NCBI GenBank assembly: GCA_965218095.1
Contig: OZ244587.1
Span: 5,184,001 to 5,248,000 of the forward strand
Reading direction: 5' to 3'
Source of the DNA: Candidatus Poribacteria bacterium
GTDB lineage: Bacteria > Poribacteria > WGA-4E > PCPOR2b
Length of the DNA stretch: 64,000 nucleotides
Shown: positions 61,026 through 64,000 of the stretch, piece by piece
Layout of the letters: each line of letters opens with the position of its first letter
Numbering within the stretch: position 1 is the stretch's first letter
Notes under the pieces: generated by a model
Told to the model about the DNA's origin: nothing
Seen by the model: the letters and a program-made list of their open reading frames with translations, nothing else
The model's database searches: none
Program-made: the position numbers and the translations under genes

Positions 61026-61775
61026 ATGATTACACCGGAGATAGCAATGACCTCATCCGTACAATTACCAGTCAACCTGCCAGTGGGAGAGCTTGTTGAA
61101 TCAAAAGGAACTACGCAATCACCACGTCAGCAGGCCTATGTCGGCAAATTCGTCACGTTGAACCCTGTCAACGTTGATTCTGATGTAGAAGAACTTTTCC
61201 AAATCTCACACGGCACAGACGAAAAATCGAAGTTATGGACATATATGCCCTCTAGTGGCCCATTTCCAAACCCTGAATCCATGTTGAGATGGCTTAAGCG
61301 CCGCCAAAAATCAGAAGATTCACTTTTTTTGACAGTTACTCTCAATGAGACAAATCACAAGGTCGGCATGGTAAGTTTCTTGAATATTGTTCCTGAGATG
61401 CGCCGTTTAGAACTCGGCAATATTTGGTATACTCCCGATGCACAGCGCACCAAAGTAAACACCGAGTCGATCTACTTGATGCTCGTTGAAGCTTTTGAGT
61501 GTCTGCAATATCGCCGCGTTGAATGGAAATGTGATTCGTTAAACGCCAAATCGTGTTTTGCGGCGCAACGCCTCGGGTTTAGTTTCGAGGGGCTCTTTTA
61601 CAAGCACATGATCGTTAATAATCGAAATCGTGATACCATCTGGTTTGCGATGCTCGACACGGATTGGCCTAAAGTGAAGAAAAATATGGAAGCCTGGCTC
61701 TACAAGGCAGGTCTCCACACTTCGTTGTCTGAATTAAACTCGGAGGTACTTCGTTCACTAAAGAGTAATGCCTAA
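61026..61775 (+). CDS. GNAT acetyltransferase (RimJ/RimL-like)
   Basis: LWTYMP, LELGNIWY, YRRVEWKCDSLN, RLGFSFEG, NRDT.WFAM; stop codon lies within R''. Confidence 0.9.
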   Translation: MITPEIAMTSSVQLPVNLPVGELVESKGTTQSPRQQAYVGKFVTLNPVNVDSDVEELFQISHGTDEKSKLWTYMPSSGPFPNPESMLRWLKRRQKSEDSLFLTVTLNETNHKVGMVSFLNIVPEMRRLELGNIWYTPDAQRTKVNTESIYLMLVEAFECLQYRRVEWKCDSLNAKSCFAAQRLGFSFEGLFYKHMIVNNRNRDTIWFAMLDTDWPKVKKNMEAWLYKAGLHTSLSELNSEVLRSLKSNA

Positions 61776-61836
61776 CGAGCCGTGCGTAGGCTGTGTTCGT
61801 CTGATTCATCGGACAACTGAACTGTTTTCGTTAGGA
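61770..61836 (+). repeat. attC-like site with an internal deletion
   Basis: R'' GCCTAAC ... GATTCATCGGACAACTGAAC-N7-GTTAGGA. Confidence 0.7.
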
Positions 61837-62174
61837 CGACCTCATCGAAAACAACACCCGCCGCATCAAAATCCTTGAGGAGATGGCGGGTACAATCTAC
61901 CGACAATGGTTTGTCGAATTCCGATTTCCGGGACATGAGAATGTGAAGATGGTAGAGTCGGAGTTAAGCCTGATACCACACAGGTGGGAGATAAAGAGGC
62001 TTGGTGAGGTTATTTCGGAAATCATCGACTATCAGGGCAAGACACCCAAAAAGTTAGGCGGCGATTGGTCCGAATCAGGAATTGTAGCGTTGTCGGCTAT
62101 GAATGTTAAGCACGGAAGACTTGTGAATTTGGAGAAGGCGAAGTTTGTCAGTGAGAAATTGTACGAGAGATGGA
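61835..62174 (+). pseudogene. hsdS: Type I R-M specificity subunit internal fragment
   Basis: [43 protein letters not shown]; cut by IS3. Confidence 0.85.
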
Positions 62175-63500
62175 TGTAATTACCCCCAAAACCTAGACAG
62201 TTGACTAAGATGGATTTCTAACTGGCAAACCGGTCATCATCTGTGCGAAAATATGGGTCAGAAACGCCCAGAAAAAGAAAGGAGTTTTCATACCATGTCC
62301 CGCAGAAAACAGCAGAAAACAGCAGAAAACAGTACGATGGTCGATTCAAAGCACAGGTGGCTATTGAGGCGATAAAAAACCAACAAACCGTCGCTCAGAT
62401 TGCCAGTCATTACGGTGTCCACCCGACTCAAGTAAGCCAATGGAAAAAGCAGGCTCTTGAACAACTACCTCAACTGCTTGCAAACGGACGCCCAAAAGCA
62501 GCCTCTGACAACGACCAGTTAGTTGATGAACTCTATCGCCAAATCGGACAGTTGAAGGTGAAACTCGACTGGCTTCAAAAAAAAACGCAACTGCTCCGTT
62601 GAACAGAAGCGACAGCTTGTTGAAAAGGGGTGCCATTCACCGTCAGTTGTCAGACAATGCGAACTGCTGGGTTTGTGCCTCGTTCTATTACCGACCCGTA
62701 GGCGAGTCGCCACACAATCTGCTCTATATGCGTCTGATAGATGAGCAGTACACAAAGACACCGTTCTATGGTGTCCCTCGATTGACGGTATGGCTTCGTT
62801 CCCAAGGGCATGTTGTCAATCGAAAGCAGGTGGCTCGGTTGATGCGAAAGATGGGATTGGCTGCCATCTATCCCAAGCCCAAGCCCTCGGGTATAGCTAA
62901 ACCGTCGAAGATGTATCCCTATCTACTGAAGGGATTAAGTATCATCAGACCGAATCAGGTCTGGGCAACGGATATAACCTATATTCGCTTGACTCGTGGT
63001 TTTGTTTATCTAGTAGCGGTTATGGATTGGTTTTCCCGGTACGTGGTGTCGTGGGAACTTTCAAACTCACTAGACGTATACTTTTGTCTGTCGGCTCTCG
63101 AACGCGCACTTAGCCAATTGAGACCGTTGATATTCAACAACGACCAAGGCAGTCAATTTACTTCTGATGCTTTTACCGCTCGACTTGAAGCGGCTCAGAT
63201 TGCCATCAGTTGGGACGGCAGAGGCAGCTATTTTGACAACATCTTTATTGAGCGTCTCTGGCGCAGTGTCAAGTATGAGGAGGTCTATCTCAACGACTAT
63301 GACTCCGTTACTACAGCTTGGCGTCGATTGAGAGACTATTTCAACTTTTACAATCAACAGCGGTTTCATCAATTGCTCAATTATCGAACACCGCACGGGG
63401 TGTATTTCCAATAATTTCAGGCGTTTCACCCTGACCGAGTTGGTCAGATTGTCTATCTTAAATCTCATTCATTGCTGTCTGAAGGATGGGGGTAAGTTCA
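62175..63500 (+). mobile_element. IS3-family element, probably inactive
   Basis: TIRs TGTAATTACCCCC..AGACAG and TGAACTTACCCCC..AGACAG; orfA with A9 slippery run; orfB motifs WATDITYI, DQGSQF, IERLWRSVKYE. Confidence 0.9.
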
Positions 63501-64000
63501 ATGTCGGTCGAACAGATTCCATCTATGTTCGCCAAATGTACTTTATTCAAATTAGGTCTGAGCTTGCCATATAAAATGTCGCCTCTACGAAAAACATTTT
63601 TATTGCTTTTTATCATAGAAAAATCAGACTGTGGGTCTCTTAACAATACACCTGTTTGACTTTCAATATTTTCTAAGCCAACATAGTGAACAACGCCATT
63701 TTCCTCTTTTGGGTTAACGATGTCGGATATTCTGTCAACTACTTGGTTTAATCTTGACGTTTTTTCAACAGAACTAACTAACTCCTCAATCTTCTGTTTG
63801 GATGCGATGATGTTTTGACGGGCTTGGTCGGTTTCCTGATTCACCGCCTCACATTGATCGACAATCGACTGTTGCACTTCAATCGGGGGGAGAGGGATTT
63901 TTATTTCAGGCAATTCTTCTGAAGTAGAAATAGAATCAAAAGACATCCTAATAATGGATCCCGAAATCTGTACCACCAATTAAGTCAGAAATTCGTCGAA
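63501..64000 (-). pseudogene. HsdS-like (type I/IIG specificity) region truncated by IS3; continues beyond the window
   Basis: IKIPLPPIEVQQSIV, YVGLENIES, GDILYGKLRPNLNKV, GICSTDI ending at the IS end. Confidence 0.8.

Noticed and set aside
55557-61836. CRISPR array interpretation of the recurring repeats
   Set aside because: Spacing is gene-sized and irregular, the repeats are degenerate with attC boxes, and there are no cas genes.

Overview
Bacterial chromosomal window with no rRNA, tRNA or CRISPR array. The gene content suggests Candidatus Poribacteria or a relative (inference from PorV-like barrels, a FlgD/T9SS-type C-terminal domain, FGE-sulfatase, PhyH, an S55 peptidase and many short palindromic/heptamer repeats). 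Intact genes include leuB, kbl, a threonine-synthase-like enzyme, an Omp85 barrel, a 2189-aa Ig-repeat surface protein followed by a PorV-like gene, a RimK ligase next to an NMP-kinase/nucleoside-deoxyribosyltransferase-like fusion, an S55 peptidase/beta-propeller pair and several oxidoreductases and hydrolases. These are interleaved with IS5, IS982 and IS3 elements and about 15 gene remnants, including a proS with an in-frame TGA, an enediyne-type PKS scrap and a urease alpha tail. Main non-annotated signals: (1) a cluster of attC-like sites without an integrase (CALIN) at about 55.5-61.8 kb; (2) an IS982-type end that always abuts TATTA, with one copy hollowed out and replaced by an IS5; (3) a promoter-driven multi-stem RNA-like leader at about 48.0 kb; (4) a 195-bp GTAG-REP doublet enclosing further hairpins; (5) apparent GC-to-AT erosion of conserved motifs across the window. 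All family calls come from recognising motifs by eye; no searches were run.
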